From assembly GCF_000981445.1 (NCBI RefSeq), contig NC_027218.1, positions 1,054,001 to 1,118,000 of the forward strand: 64,000 nucleotides of DNA, in the 5' to 3' direction. This document shows, piece by piece, positions 1 through 11,449 of the stretch; position 1 is the stretch's first letter, and each line of letters starts with the position of its first letter. A program made the position numbers and the translations under genes. The notes under the pieces were generated by a model. It did no database searches. It was given only the letters and a program-made list of their open reading frames with translations, and was not told the origin of the DNA. The stretch is from Babesia bigemina. Its lineage: Eukaryota.

Positions 1-25
1 AAAGTTAAGGGAATGTAATACTGCC

Positions 26-211
26 GTGAAGACAATGGCGTTTGACCAGCGCCAAAAGGCTGCAGGTTTGCCAACGAGTGCACAGGCGTCGCAGTTCGAG
101 GCCCTGGAGAGGTTCAAAAAGGCCCACCCTGAGCTCGACCTCTCCAAAGCAAAAATAAACTTTGCCAGTTCAACATCAGATCCATGCGATTATGTTGCGT
201 TGCAAGCGTGA
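26..211 (+). CDS. nudC: NudC (nuclear movement protein), last exon; gene begins upstream of the window
   Basis: AFDQRQKAAGLPTS...LERFKKAHPELDLSKAKIN matches the conserved NudC C-terminus (MFDQRQK..GLPTS...F...HPEMDFS.AK). Confidence 0.85.
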   Translation: MKTMAFDQRQKAAGLPTSAQASQFEALERFKKAHPELDLSKAKINFASSTSDPCDYVALQA

Positions 212-285
212 TTCATGATTTACAGTGACATTACGTATAGTCAAACTACGTACGCAGTTGCGACTACGAATTACTTGGTCAATGT

Positions 286-2372
286 TCACTCCCTCCTGAA
301 TTTCTTGAAACACTCACGATGCGGGTCCATAAACGTGTCCAAAACCTCGTCCGTAACTTGTTCCCGTCGGCACTGCACAGCATAACTCAGTTGTGTCTAA
401 AGCTTACCCTGTAGTCATGCACTATGTTGCAGACGATCTCAACAAGTTTGTCCTTAACTGCAGAAGACATTATCTCTCCTGCCTTGTATTTAGTCGCGAT
501 GTCGTTGAGCTCCTCGTCGTCTTCAAGGAAAAATCTCAAATAATGATACGCCACGTCCACATCTAGGTTAGCGCCAAGCCTGCGGTGCTCCTCAGCAGTG
601 TCTCGGCCACCTAAAAAGTGATGACTCAGCTAAGATGTGCAGCTTACCGCTAAATGCGTATTTGTGTATCTTGCTGCGGATCACTGCCGGGATGTCGGTG
701 ACAAATATTGCTGACCCCTCGACGCTGGAGCTCATTTTGCAATTAACTCCCAGCAGCGAAGGTATGAACTTCGAATGGATAGATATAGGTTTCAGGAACC
801 CCAATCTAGGCGCTAAATCACGTGTCATCCTGAAGAATGGGTCCTGATCAATTCCCTGCGGAACCAGGCATAACATGTCGTTGCGGTGCCCAAAGAGCTT
901 AGGGTAGGCCTGGCAGAACGCAGCCGCACCTTCTATAGCGGGATATGCGATGCTACCAATGTTTGACGACATTCCGAATCCGAAAATGCCTTTAACTTGG
1001 TTGAACGTGGTTTTCTTCTGCATCTTAAGCGATATGCCATAGAGGTCCCCGATGAAGTCGGTGTTGCGGTATATGAACGTTAGGTTCGGGTCGAATCCAC
1101 ATGCGATAATGTCACGAGCATTTTCTTTTGCCATCTCCCTGACCTTATCGTACTCCAGCTCTTCCCTGAATAGGAACTTTTCGTCGTCCGAGAGCATAAT
1201 CACCACTGGAACCTGGAAGACCTCTTGCAGCCACTGCGTAAACAAAAACGGTACAAGATGGCCCAAATGCAAAGTGTCGCTTGAGGGTCCACGGCCGGTG
1301 TATATGAAGAACGGAATGCCCTTTTCGTATGCATCCAGGAGATGGTCAAGTCCACGGTGAGAAAAGAACAGCCCCCGCTTGAGATAAGGATGTACCGGTC
1401 TTTTAATGAGCTTCTCTATGCGATCGAGCTGTTTCTGTGTGATTTTTTCACAACCAAACTCTCGAATAAGCTTGTCATAGTCAATTTCGTTTGCTGGCTT
1501 TGCGGCGTTGGAACTGCGCTCGAGGCCGAATAGCTCGATGAACGTGTCATTTTCCATATCCACTTCTCCAGGTGGGAGCACCATTGACTTGGGAGGGCAT
1601 TCTGCCGGCGACCCAATGGTTTCTGTTTCAGTGAGTATGTCAGGCGTGTCGGATCCCGGCTGCACAACGAAGCTGATGAGCAGCGTCTGGCTCTCTCCCT
1701 TGTACGTTAGCTTATTGATGTCGATTTGGCCAACTTGGCCCGTAGTTTTCACGACATCGCGCATGCTTGCGTTGACGTTCCACTCCTCCAGAGCAACGAG
1801 TCGCAACCTAGTAATTGTATCACACTATGGCATGCAACTCACTTGTTCACGTTGGCCGGAACTACCCTCTCGTCATAGATACTGTCGCCGTATACAGCTT
1901 CCGCCACCGGACGGTCTATGAGCATGGCCCTGAATTTACCATTCTCACTGATCTGCAACACATTAGTAATGGCGACTTGCGTATATAATACATAACACCG
2001 GGAACCATGTAGAGGCGAGTAATAACATATCAATGAAAACAGAATCCGGTTGTGCACTCACCTTTTGTTCAATCAATTGGTTGAACAGTGTGTATTGCGA
2101 ATCTGTCGGCTGGCTCTTGACGCTACATAACGTCATGACCCCTGCGGTTGTGCTCTGCGCAAAATGAGTGACGGTCAATAAATAAATTAATGAGTAACAG
2201 GCTGCAGTAAGTTCAGGTTTTCATAATCCCTGCACTCCGGCGAATAGACACCGTGTCCTACCTTCCTGCTGATCGACTTGGTCGTCCTTCCGGTAGGCAA
2301 AGAGAAAGCGATGCACGCCGCACCTTTAATGATGTGCAGCGCACTGTCGAAGTAGCACTCATATTTTGTCAT
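286..2372 (-). CDS. TrpRS: Cytosolic tryptophanyl-tRNA synthetase with an N-terminal AlaX-like domain; 6 exons (2372-2262, 2154-2062, 1952-1843, 1807-648, 610-408, 372-286)
   Basis: YTGRGPSSDTLHLGH (HIGH), IDQDPFFRMTRD, KMSSS and KYAFSGGRDT motifs. GT-AG introns join all exons in frame. Confidence 0.95.
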
Positions 2373-4292
2373 TTTTATTTCAGTTTGACAATTATTTTAG
2401 CGGCGCGCCAATGAAAGAGATCGCGGGTGACGGGTTACACATTGTGTTCGCCATGGGTTTAGCGGATCCTTTTCATGATAAATACGAACATAGTTTACAA
2501 GGCGATGCAACTTATGTGTTTGTGTGTATGTTTATGTATGTGGACACTTGTATCTTCTAGCCTTTCGCGTAACTGCCAGCGCTATTGTCGTGTCTAACGC
2601 GGCGCCGGAAGCTAATCTCGTGGAAACGTCACCAACATCATTACAGCAAAACACTGCTACATCAGGTGGTGATCTACAGCTGGTAGATACTGAGAGACGC
2701 TACTTAAGAACACCCTCCTGCCTATGAGCATCCACGCTAGACCGAATGCGCATCCGTACGGGGCCCAAACCGACAAGCGAACATACGCAAACCGCTACGT
2801 AACGTGTACAACATAGTACCTCCACGCATTATTATGAAAATACAACATACAAATCTCGCAAAAGCACGAATGCAACCGCCATAAGGTGCTAAATTTAAAC
2901 TACATTTGTTAAATATCAACGTTTAAAGTTTATTCCACCATACCGCTGACCCTTCGGGGGCATACGCAGTTATCGATACCATAGGTTGCCACAGCTTTAA
3001 GGGCACAAGTAACAATGGCTGCATTGCCTTGAACAGCGGTGGCGGTCTCTGAAAAGCCGACGGTAGTGGTTGTTGGGTGATTTTCCCTCCGTATAGTAGA
3101 CGTGCAGAACGAACCTGAAATGGGATGCGGTACCTCCGAACATAAGCTCATGTTTGTAGCTCATGCCGGTATAAGTCATACGTGTGTACTCCAACATCCC
3201 CGGACTATAGTCTTCGAGTGCGATTGCATTATTCTTTGCCTAAAGGATAAATCACGGTCACAGTTTATCAGAATTAGTTACTTTTCACCTTTGTAGCGTC
3301 ATGCGGATAAATATAAACGCCAGATGTCCCATTAACAGCGCTCATATATCCGTTATAGGATTATGCGAAGCGGTCAGTATTTTCCATTTGTCTGCTGACT
3401 TATTACACATCAGCCTACCCAAATGCCACGTGAAACCATTGGCAATCAGCTTGCCATACTACACTACATATTTGCATTCCCTTGACAAACGCAATTTATT
3501 AGCCATTGTAGTGTACCCCACTTCCGAACCTCCATTGTAGTGTCACCAACGCTCCAGTACTTTCACCTTGTCACCATCTCTGTGGGCATTGATGTAGAAC
3601 ACGGTACCCTGCAGATAATTAGGCACAACCGAAATATATCCGACAGAGTAAACACGTTAGCGCGCCCACCATTGCTCACAAGTGACGACTATTCCGACTC
3701 GCGTACCTCAATGATCACCGCTGCCGTGATAGAGTTGTGTCATGGCCGTGCAACAGCACTTTGATGCTTAGTTTGTGAAAAATATGCAAAACACCAACGT
3801 CAACAACACAAGCTCTTTGATTACCACAGCAACCTATCATTATACACAGCCGCAAGATTGCTTCCCAGTGCCACAGCACCTGTATCCATCGTTTATCCAA
3901 TCACACTCGGCGTGAGAGTTTTCATTAAGATCCCATAAGAGTTTGCAACTGATTTTCGTCCACTGTACGGTGAAACTGAAAGGTTGCAGCGTTTTTTTGC
4001 CGAACATAATCAGGGCCCAAGAGTCTCCAATTCCAACGATAAAATCACGCTTTGCAATTACTTTCGAATCGAAACTAAGCGGATATCGACCATTGCGGAA
4101 GGTAGATTGCTTCCACCATAGTTTGAAACGAAGATGAAGTGGCATGCTAGCGCCGCATTACAAACACGCTTCACCTTGCCCACGTAAACACCCGAATACC
4201 GCCGCACAGCGCAATTCACATAATACAGACGGTCTTGCTCAATAATCCTTACAATTGGTTTGGCATGCTTGCTCGTTCGAGGCGCGGATTCA

Positions 4293-5156
4293 CTATATCT
4301 TCACGAAACCGGACAACTCGTTCAGCCTCATGGCGAAGTCCTCGGTGATGAAGTTCACGTTGAACCTGAAGATATCGACCGTTTTCCGGGCGTTAATGTC
4401 GCTTTCCACATTGTAACCTGCGAGGCGAAAGAACTGGCCCAGCTTCTTCGACTCATCCGCGATCTTATATATTCCAGACGTGAACGTTGTAACGTACCGG
4501 AGCATGCGACTGGTTGCGTACAACAGTGGTGCAATTCCGACAAAGATCTGGGCACAAATTAAGGGATCAGGGGCGCAGCACCTTTCCCACTCGGCCGCTG
4601 TGCTGTAAGTAGGAACATAGGTTTGCCCCTTTCTAATCTTTTTCAGAAGCGTGTCGAACTTTTCCAAGGAATCCTGCACACCCTTCTTAATTTCATCCTC
4701 AGTCAACTTGCTAGAGATAATGTACACTGGCGGCTTGTCTGGGGCGACCTCATATTTTTTATGGTCTTCCGCGAGTTTCTCGTCGGCCTCGGATTGTTTC
4801 TTGCGCGACTTCTTACGATGTTTCCTGCGCAATCTACGTTTGGATTTCGCCTTTTCCTCCTCAGCGTTATCGTCGTCAGTAGTACGTATGAATTTAATAC
4901 ACGTTTCAACGATCTTCTTGATTATCTGTCGTGAGGCGGCGTGCTCCTTCAACCCGGGCTTCTGCAGGAAGAGCTTAACATGGTGTCTCACCTCCTCAAT
5001 GAGACCAAGATCGTATCCGCCTTTTGATCCGACGTGAAACAGATGCGCTACCGCCTCGGCCAAACTATGCGCACCGCCAGTTGCCTTCACTGCCGCCATC
5101 CAATCGATGGCCTCCTTCATGTCGGAAGGAGCGGTCACCAGGCTGTTGTACACCAT
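4293..5156 (-). CDS. Short VESA-related (ves2-like) protein, 287 aa, with a polybasic insertion
   Basis: MVYNSL..P.DMKEAIDW N-terminus and Y...Y...AEWERCC..DP..CAQIFVGIAPLLY core, typical of Babesia VESA N-terminal domains; no TM. Confidence 0.8.
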   Translation of the reverse strand: MVYNSLVTAPSDMKEAIDWMAAVKATGGAHSLAEAVAHLFHVGSKGGYDLGLIEEVRHHVKLFLQKPGLKEHAASRQIIKKIVETCIKFIRTTDDDNAEEEKAKSKRRLRRKHRKKSRKKQSEADEKLAEDHKKYEVAPDKPPVYIISSKLTEDEIKKGVQDSLEKFDTLLKKIRKGQTYVPTYSTAAEWERCCAPDPLICAQIFVGIAPLLYATSRMLRYVTTFTSGIYKIADESKKLGQFFRLAGYNVESDINARKTVDIFRFNVNFITEDFAMRLNELSGFVKI

Positions 5157-6509
5157 TTTGGCGTTTAAATTTTACTTCGATCATATAGAAATCATTAATG
5201 CGCGCCGGTTGAATGCCGAGAAGCCTAGAAGGCTCGCAGCGGCGGAATCGCAAGCAACGGCCACTAGCTCGCGACGCCCGGCAGCCGCTACCCTAGATGG
5301 GCGCAATTAAATGTCGAAATTTTTCATTAATCTAAAAATGGAAAGGTGGCTCCATACTCGCGGGAGGAATGATCTGAGTTTGCAACGGCATAAGCCTCGG
5401 GTGCCTCACCGCCCTATGAGGGCGCGGCGTAGTGATCCGGAGTGAACTTGTATAACGGTCACACAATAGTCACTATAAATGTCCATAATGCGCATTTTTA
5501 TCATATGTAAAGTAATAATTCGTCTCACGATCGATGTGTATTGTGGCATGTAGACGATGTCGACGCCGCCAGAGTCCGTCGATACAGTTGACCCTTATCG
5601 TGTTACCACTCAGAAAGGCACAATCGTTTATGTGACAAATAAGTTGTTCTCATATTACTAGTGAGTGGTGGCTTAAGGCAGATGACTACGGCCCTCTATG
5701 GATGAACTATTAGCGTCAGCTACTGGAGTTAGAGTTAGACACGACACGTGGTGCGTTTACAATCATCTACATATGTAATTTAATTACCGTATCACCCGTA
5801 AATATGAGAAGGCAAACATAAGGTGTACCCTAACCTTGTGTTACGTGATTCCCTCGCCACGGCAACATTCAGTTAGCGTTTCGTTGTGCCTTCTCATGTC
5901 AACTTACACGTTGACTCGTGAGAGAAGTCCATTATGTGTTCAATTGTTTGTTGAAAACAGTCAATGGGTACCAATCCACGCCAGCGAACAGCGCCCACCC
6001 GTTTGCGTCTTTGGACGCAACAATAGCATACGTTCCCAAAATACTAATAACTACAAGAGATGGGATTGCCAAGGCAGACAGTAAGCGTGTGTTAATACAC
6101 CATGTGGTCAACAGGCGTTCAGCATTTCATTATTGGATGACGCACACCTCTGCCAAAGCGACACAGATTGTGCATCTACTTGTGAAGGTTTAAAGAAGTC
6201 TAACGCATGATTTAAAGGCAGTATGCCTCCACACAATCTCTGATACGTGTACGGAAATTGAATCGTGTGACGTTGGAATAATGATTATCCAATTTGCGTC
6301 ATAAACGATATTACGGAGACACTCAGAACTGCGTTTTGCCTCATATTAGGGCAACGGAGCAATTTCAGAAGGTGGTATACATAGATACGGCGATCACTAC
6401 ATTTCATAGATTGGAAATGCATCGAGAATTCGTGATGCCGACTCGCTAGGGTGTCGGTATCAGACTCTGTTGCTTCGAACTGATTGTACAGTTCACCTGT
6501 AATCCCAAC

Positions 6510-7268
6510 TCAATACAAAGCCCAATAACGAGCGACATCGTAGAGTACGGTAAATATTCCCAGATCCACACCACTCAATGCCTTGTATATAGGCCTGCCC
6601 TTTTCACTTTGGTATTCCGCCTCTTTGTAACCCACGGCTTCCAACACCTCTTCCATACGCTCACTCGCCTCGGAATTCGGTCCTTGCCTAAACGCATCAC
6701 GGCTCACAATCTGCAAAGAACGTAGGCCGGAGTACAACATCGGTGCGATTCCCACTAGGACAACTGCGCAAGCCTCCGGGTCCTTCGCGCACGACTCAGC
6801 CCACGTGGCCTTAGAACTGTAAGCACACTTGTACTGGTCAGGGACCGCGATCCTTTTCAAGAAATTCTCACAACCGTCCACAACTTTTCCGAGTTTCTCT
6901 GCGATGGCTTTAGGATTGGCACCCCTTGACTTAATAATGGTTTCATAAGCGCTTTTGGGGACCATTGAAAGACCCTTGAAGGACTTCTTGGTGGACTGAT
7001 CCACGGGCTCATTGAGTCTCGAGATCAGACCCCTGACAAATGGCTGGTACTTAATCTCCGGTTTCTCCAAGAACTCCCTAGTAATATGCTTAACTTCTTC
7101 GAGAGCTGGCATCCTCATCGTGCCATCAGGCTTGTCCGCGAGAAAGTCGTAAAGTGCGGCACCCATAGCCTTCAAGTTGTTTTCAGGATCGGTTCCCTTC
7201 AAGGCTATCAGCCAGTCAATGCCCTCCTTGAGGTCGTGAGGAAACTGAGTCAAAGAGTCGGCCACCAT
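6510..7268 (-). CDS. Short VESA-related (ves2-like) protein, 252 aa
   Basis: SLTQFPHDLKEGIDWLIALKG and YKCAYSSKATWAESCAKDPEACAVVLVGIAPMLY; paralog of 4293-5156. Confidence 0.85.
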   Translation of the reverse strand: MVADSLTQFPHDLKEGIDWLIALKGTDPENNLKAMGAALYDFLADKPDGTMRMPALEEVKHITREFLEKPEIKYQPFVRGLISRLNEPVDQSTKKSFKGLSMVPKSAYETIIKSRGANPKAIAEKLGKVVDGCENFLKRIAVPDQYKCAYSSKATWAESCAKDPEACAVVLVGIAPMLYSGLRSLQIVSRDAFRQGPNSEASERMEEVLEAVGYKEAEYQSEKGRPIYKALSGVDLGIFTVLYDVARYWALY

Positions 7269-8586
7269 TTTGTGATGATTCGTTGAAATATAGTATTAAT
7301 ATGTGCGTATGGAATTCTTGTCTATTTACAAGTCGATGTGCGAACAGCTGTGACTTGATGGCGGATCAGCACAACGCAACAGTTGCTGCCTTCTAATATA
7401 CAGGCACCTTATCAAAACGTAGACACTCGTACAGAAACCGAATGGGCAAAGAACGAAGCTTTAGTGATGACCCAGATGTCGTAGCGCGGCCAGTCTTAGA
7501 CAATTAGCGTGACATGCAGTACGTATAACGCGAGTCATAGGGTAGACAAGTTTCAGACAGCAATGGCATTTAGAACTTCCATATGTTAGTGTCTGTGCGA
7601 AGCAATGTCTAGATTTTTAAATTATCACGCATTGCTGATAGTATGCTGCAGAGGCTGCGGCTTTACACCCTTATTACACGGTACGGCTGCGGCGAGACGA
7701 GCGTTCCAGTTGCATAGTGTTAGTGGCGTCGTTTGTATCATATAAGATCAATTCCATGAAAAATACAGAATTACTTGAGTCAGTATGCAATGCCCTTTAT
7801 GACCTTATGCCGTAAATCCGTGACACACTCTGCTCAACCTGACAATACGCAGAATGACAACTATCTGCGTAGGCCGCGACCAGAATTTTAAAGTTGCAGC
7901 AAATGGTAGCTGGGCGCTTTTCGTGTTTCTATTGCATTGCTTATTATTCTCCATGATTATACAGATTGTGTGTCATCCACTAGGAGGGCGATGTGACTTT
8001 CCTGCTGCAATGCGTTTGAGCCCTGCTTGATTTACATGGGTCTATAAGCTGTAAATACCCTTGAAATAATATTTGGCGGGATCATGTAGCTATTTGGGAA
8101 TACCAAATGACTCGATCATCGTACACATACTTTTGGACACTTGAACAAATTCCGCCTTCCGTTTCTTCGCTACAGCTCAACCGATTCCTTTGGTTGAAAA
8201 ACACGTGTCACGTATCACTGTACGCAAACAGCTGATTTGCCTAAACGTTCAACTAACGCAGTCAAGTACTTATGTCTAATTTCACATTGGCATATGCATT
8301 GATGAGACACACTACTGTTCTAGTCCTTCTTCTATGCATTAACCTCATTGTTTTTCGATATCACACAGAGTATCATCGCTATTCACACGGTTTTATCTAT
8401 ATTCAATCGACGCTAAACACAAGAGTTCAAACTTCTGCATTACTGCCTGCTGGGTTAGCACCTGCTTGATAATGAGATACGTATGGTTTCTGTGATGTTA
8501 ACGGCTAGCAGGAGACTTCAATATTCACATTAAATTGCTCACCTAGTACGGTAACGCTATGTGGGCTGGGTGGAGACTAGGAGGTA

Positions 8587-8841
8587 TTAGTGGAGTGAAG
8601 GCTTGGACAACTTTTGGAACAGATTAGATATCGCATTTGTATGCCATTCCACGACTCCTAAGTTGAAAAGTATGATAAGAAAGAAGAAAAGGCAAACAAT
8701 GCCGATGAAGACGCATAGGAAGATGTGTTTTGCTGTACATTTAGCGCAAATTGTAGGTGGCGTTCTTGTTTTCTGAGCTCTTTGGGCAGAAGCATAACAT
8801 TCAGAACACAACCGAAGCGTAATTGACCCACCATTACCCAT
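8587..8841 (-). CDS. Small Cys-containing single-TM protein (~84 aa)
   Basis: ATG at 8841 in AAAATG context, just after an acceptor-like TGCGCAG. Has CxxC pairs (CSEC, CAKC) and a hydrophobic helix IFLCVFIGIVCLFFFLIILFNLGVV. Confidence 0.55.
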   Translation of the reverse strand: MGNGGSITLRLCSECYASAQRAQKTRTPPTICAKCTAKHIFLCVFIGIVCLFFFLIILFNLGVVEWHTNAISNLFQKLSKPSLH

Positions 8842-9397
8842 TTTAATCAAACCTGCGCACAATAAACAACGTACCGCAAGCCTCGAAGACCCTCAACCAA
8901 CTGACGAAATAAAATCAAATGCCCGCAGGTATACCAAGCTATCCTTATTGTGCTGGGGTAAGTGTGATCCTGGGTCTCCCAACGCTGAAAAACCATCCGT
9001 TCCGCTACCAGCATGCATTATGTTGGTACTTCCATAACAAGTGAAGAAGAGACAGCACTTCAATGTACATTATCCCAGACCACTGTAGCGACTCCACCTA
9101 TAATATGCCTATTTCCAAGATATAGGTGCGCAGCGGAGCCCCTAATTGAGCTGCGGCACGATTTTACCATTATAGTGGTTACTACAATGTTGCCACTATA
9201 AGCGCCATCGTACTCACATACCTCTTGCTAACCTACAAGACGGCCCATGACGTCACACGGTGCATTAGTCATCAGGTGACGGCCTGGACTCCCATCGGAT
9301 CAGTACCATTTGTCCCTTGAGATGAGGTCACCAACACCAACAAATTGACTAACACGATTCCATCGCAGCGAATCTTCATTACCTAAAAGCTTGCTGG

Positions 9398-9610
9398 TTA
9401 GGTGAGGCTATACCAGAGCAGGGGGTTAGGCGGTGCGTGAGGCGCAGTTTTTGCGTCCGTCCTCAAACTCCTCATCGCAAGCACCATCGTCTGTGTGTGT
9501 TTACGATGCATAAGCCACAAAGTGTCAACCATGAAAATGATGACGATGATGGTGATGAGGGCGACGGCGGTGATGATGATGATGATGATGATAGGGGCGG
9601 GGTATACGCT
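9398..9610 (-). pseudogene. Truncated remnant of a single-TM gene (Pro, TM helix and tail only)
   Basis: PAPIIIIIIITAVALITIIVIIFMVD resembles the Pro-TM junction of the neighbouring paralogs. The Cys-rich N-terminus is missing and is replaced at ~9611 by the duplicated 3' flank of the next gene. Confidence 0.45.
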
Positions 9611-9736
9611 CACCTCACTTCTCATTTGAATGGCCATCAACGCAACCATTAATTTGTTAAGAACATTAGATGACAGCTGCCAGTCAGGTGATCAGCGGGA
9701 TTGGATTACAATGTTTGCGCTGCTAAATTGCTGAGC

Positions 9737-10273
9737 TTAGCTGTAGAACGCGATGCAGAAGGGTATCTTGCGGACGAGGAAATCGCGTATGTTGCGGCCC
9801 ACCGGGAAGCGGAAGATGAACAGGTCGAGCAGGATGATGGCGACGATGATGGCAACGATGACGGCGGCGATGACACGGGGGTTAGGGCGGAAAGGTGGAG
9901 AATTGTCTTCTTGTTCGAGAGCTTCGGGACGGGACGCATGATTTTCAGTTGCAACAGAATGCTCTTGACTTGGGAGAGAGGGGGGAGCGGGGGGACTGCA
10001 GGTGCCAGGCTCTTTTTTACATTTTTCTTTGCAACATGTACATTGACACTTGGGGTTGGTACACTGTATTTTTCGAGAACTACATCCTGAAGGATGGCAT
10101 TCAGTGCCACTTCGGTGTTTATCGAAATTTAGGTAACACGCAGTACAACTCTCGTAACCTTTTTTATTACATTCTATACAACACCACGGGCAACAATAAC
10201 AAGTCGTAAATGTTAGACATCCATAACGACAGACATTACACGGAGCACCTGACCTAAAATACCTCCCCGTCAT
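9737..10273 (-). CDS. Small Cys/Lys-rich, Pro-linker, single-TM protein (~178 aa), ves-locus associated
   Basis: Many Cys (CYCCPWCCIEC, CQCTCCKEKC), PPAPPSLPS linker, TM VIAAVIVAIIVAIILLDLFIF and a basic tail. An intron (10320-10286) lies just 5' of the ATG. Confidence 0.75.
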   Translation of the reverse strand: MTGRYFRSGAPCNVCRYGCLTFTTCYCCPWCCIECNKKGYESCTACYLNFDKHRSGTECHPSGCSSRKIQCTNPKCQCTCCKEKCKKEPGTCSPPAPPSLPSQEHSVATENHASRPEALEQEDNSPPFRPNPRVIAAVIVAIIVAIILLDLFIFRFPVGRNIRDFLVRKIPFCIAFYS

Positions 10274-10990
10274 ATTCCCCTCAACCTGCAAACATATCAA
10301 TCACCTGAGCAAGCACTCACCAACCTCTCATGAACCACTCACCTCAGCCAGGGACACTGACCATCTACCATCGGCGCCACGGTAGCAGCAAGATGGCGAC
10401 CATCCAGTGTACCGCCACTCACATCACAACTATGCAACTATCACAACGGAAGTAAAACCAAGATAAAGCATGTTGATACCATCCTCGCCGTGGCATGCAG
10501 GTCAACCTGTGCCAGTGGAGCAGTCACTCCAACCATCACAGACTGTTCAACGTTGGCAGTGCCTAAGACTGCTGTAACATTACTGTCATAATGAGTGCCT
10601 GAGTGAGCCACAAAGTTTGCTTGATACGCTTCTCATCTATACCAATACTATCTATGTAACATAACCACGCCGTACACTGACCACGTCGCAGTCCCGGTGG
10701 ATCCCATTGCTGGCATCTCAACTAGTGACACAGCAACTAAATAATGACTCATGTAACACAGCACTTACCAGCTGCCTACCTTGGTGGCCAATTACTCAGC
10801 TTCACAGTGAGATGACGTAGCCACCTCTCACAAGTATCCAACGTGACAACGCATTGGCGAAATTAAGGTTGGCGTTGAGGTCATCACTCTGGTCAGGTGC
10901 TAGGTCACCTCATTGCTCATGTGATTGGTCATCAACGCAACCATTACTGTCTAGAACATTAGATGTCAGTTGTCTGTTGGGTTATTGCGA

Positions 10991-11449
10991 TTAGCTGCGC
11001 AGTAGATACCGCACCCTGTGGAACGGCCGGATGCGGAAGTAGCTCATGACGCAGATGGCGATGATGATGAGAACGACGGGGGCGATGATGTAAGGGGCGG
11101 GGTTGGAAGCGGTGGTAGGCTGTTGATTGGCGTGCTGAAGCTGAACGCTGGGGAGAGAGGGTGAACCGGGGGCAATGGCGGCACGCCGTTCAATGGCTGC
11201 ACGCTGTGCACGAAGATCAGCTTCACTGCGTTTAGTTCTACAACATAAACACAGACATTTTTGTTTGTCGCAGTCTTCACATATCTCAGTTTTGCAATCC
11301 TCTCTTCCACTCATGCGCAATTGAGAGGTTGGGAGACATTGAAGACACCTTTTTATACTACATCCTGTACAACAATATGGACAGCAAAGACAGTTATGCT
11401 TCCTACAGTTCTTTTTACACGTGCACCGAATCCACCATTCATCACCCAT
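10991..11449 (-). CDS. Small Cys/Lys-rich single-TM protein (152 aa), paralog of 9737-10273
   Basis: CLCCPYCCTGC, CLCLCCRTK, PGSPSLPS linker and TM YIIAPVVLIIIAICVMSYF. An intron (11508-11473) lies just 5' of the ATG. Confidence 0.75.
   Translation of the reverse strand: MGDEWWIRCTCKKNCRKHNCLCCPYCCTGCSIKRCLQCLPTSQLRMSGREDCKTEICEDCDKQKCLCLCCRTKRSEADLRAQRAAIERRAAIAPGSPSLPSVQLQHANQQPTTASNPAPYIIAPVVLIIIAICVMSYFRIRPFHRVRYLLRS

Noticed and set aside
2400..4260. Short ORFs between TrpRS and the first ves2-like gene
   Set aside because: No coding bias or recognisable family; some could be decayed remnants but this cannot be supported.
9437..10090. Plus-strand Asp-rich ORFs and (GAT)n runs
   Set aside because: Reverse complement of Ile/Val-rich TM codons in the minus-strand genes.
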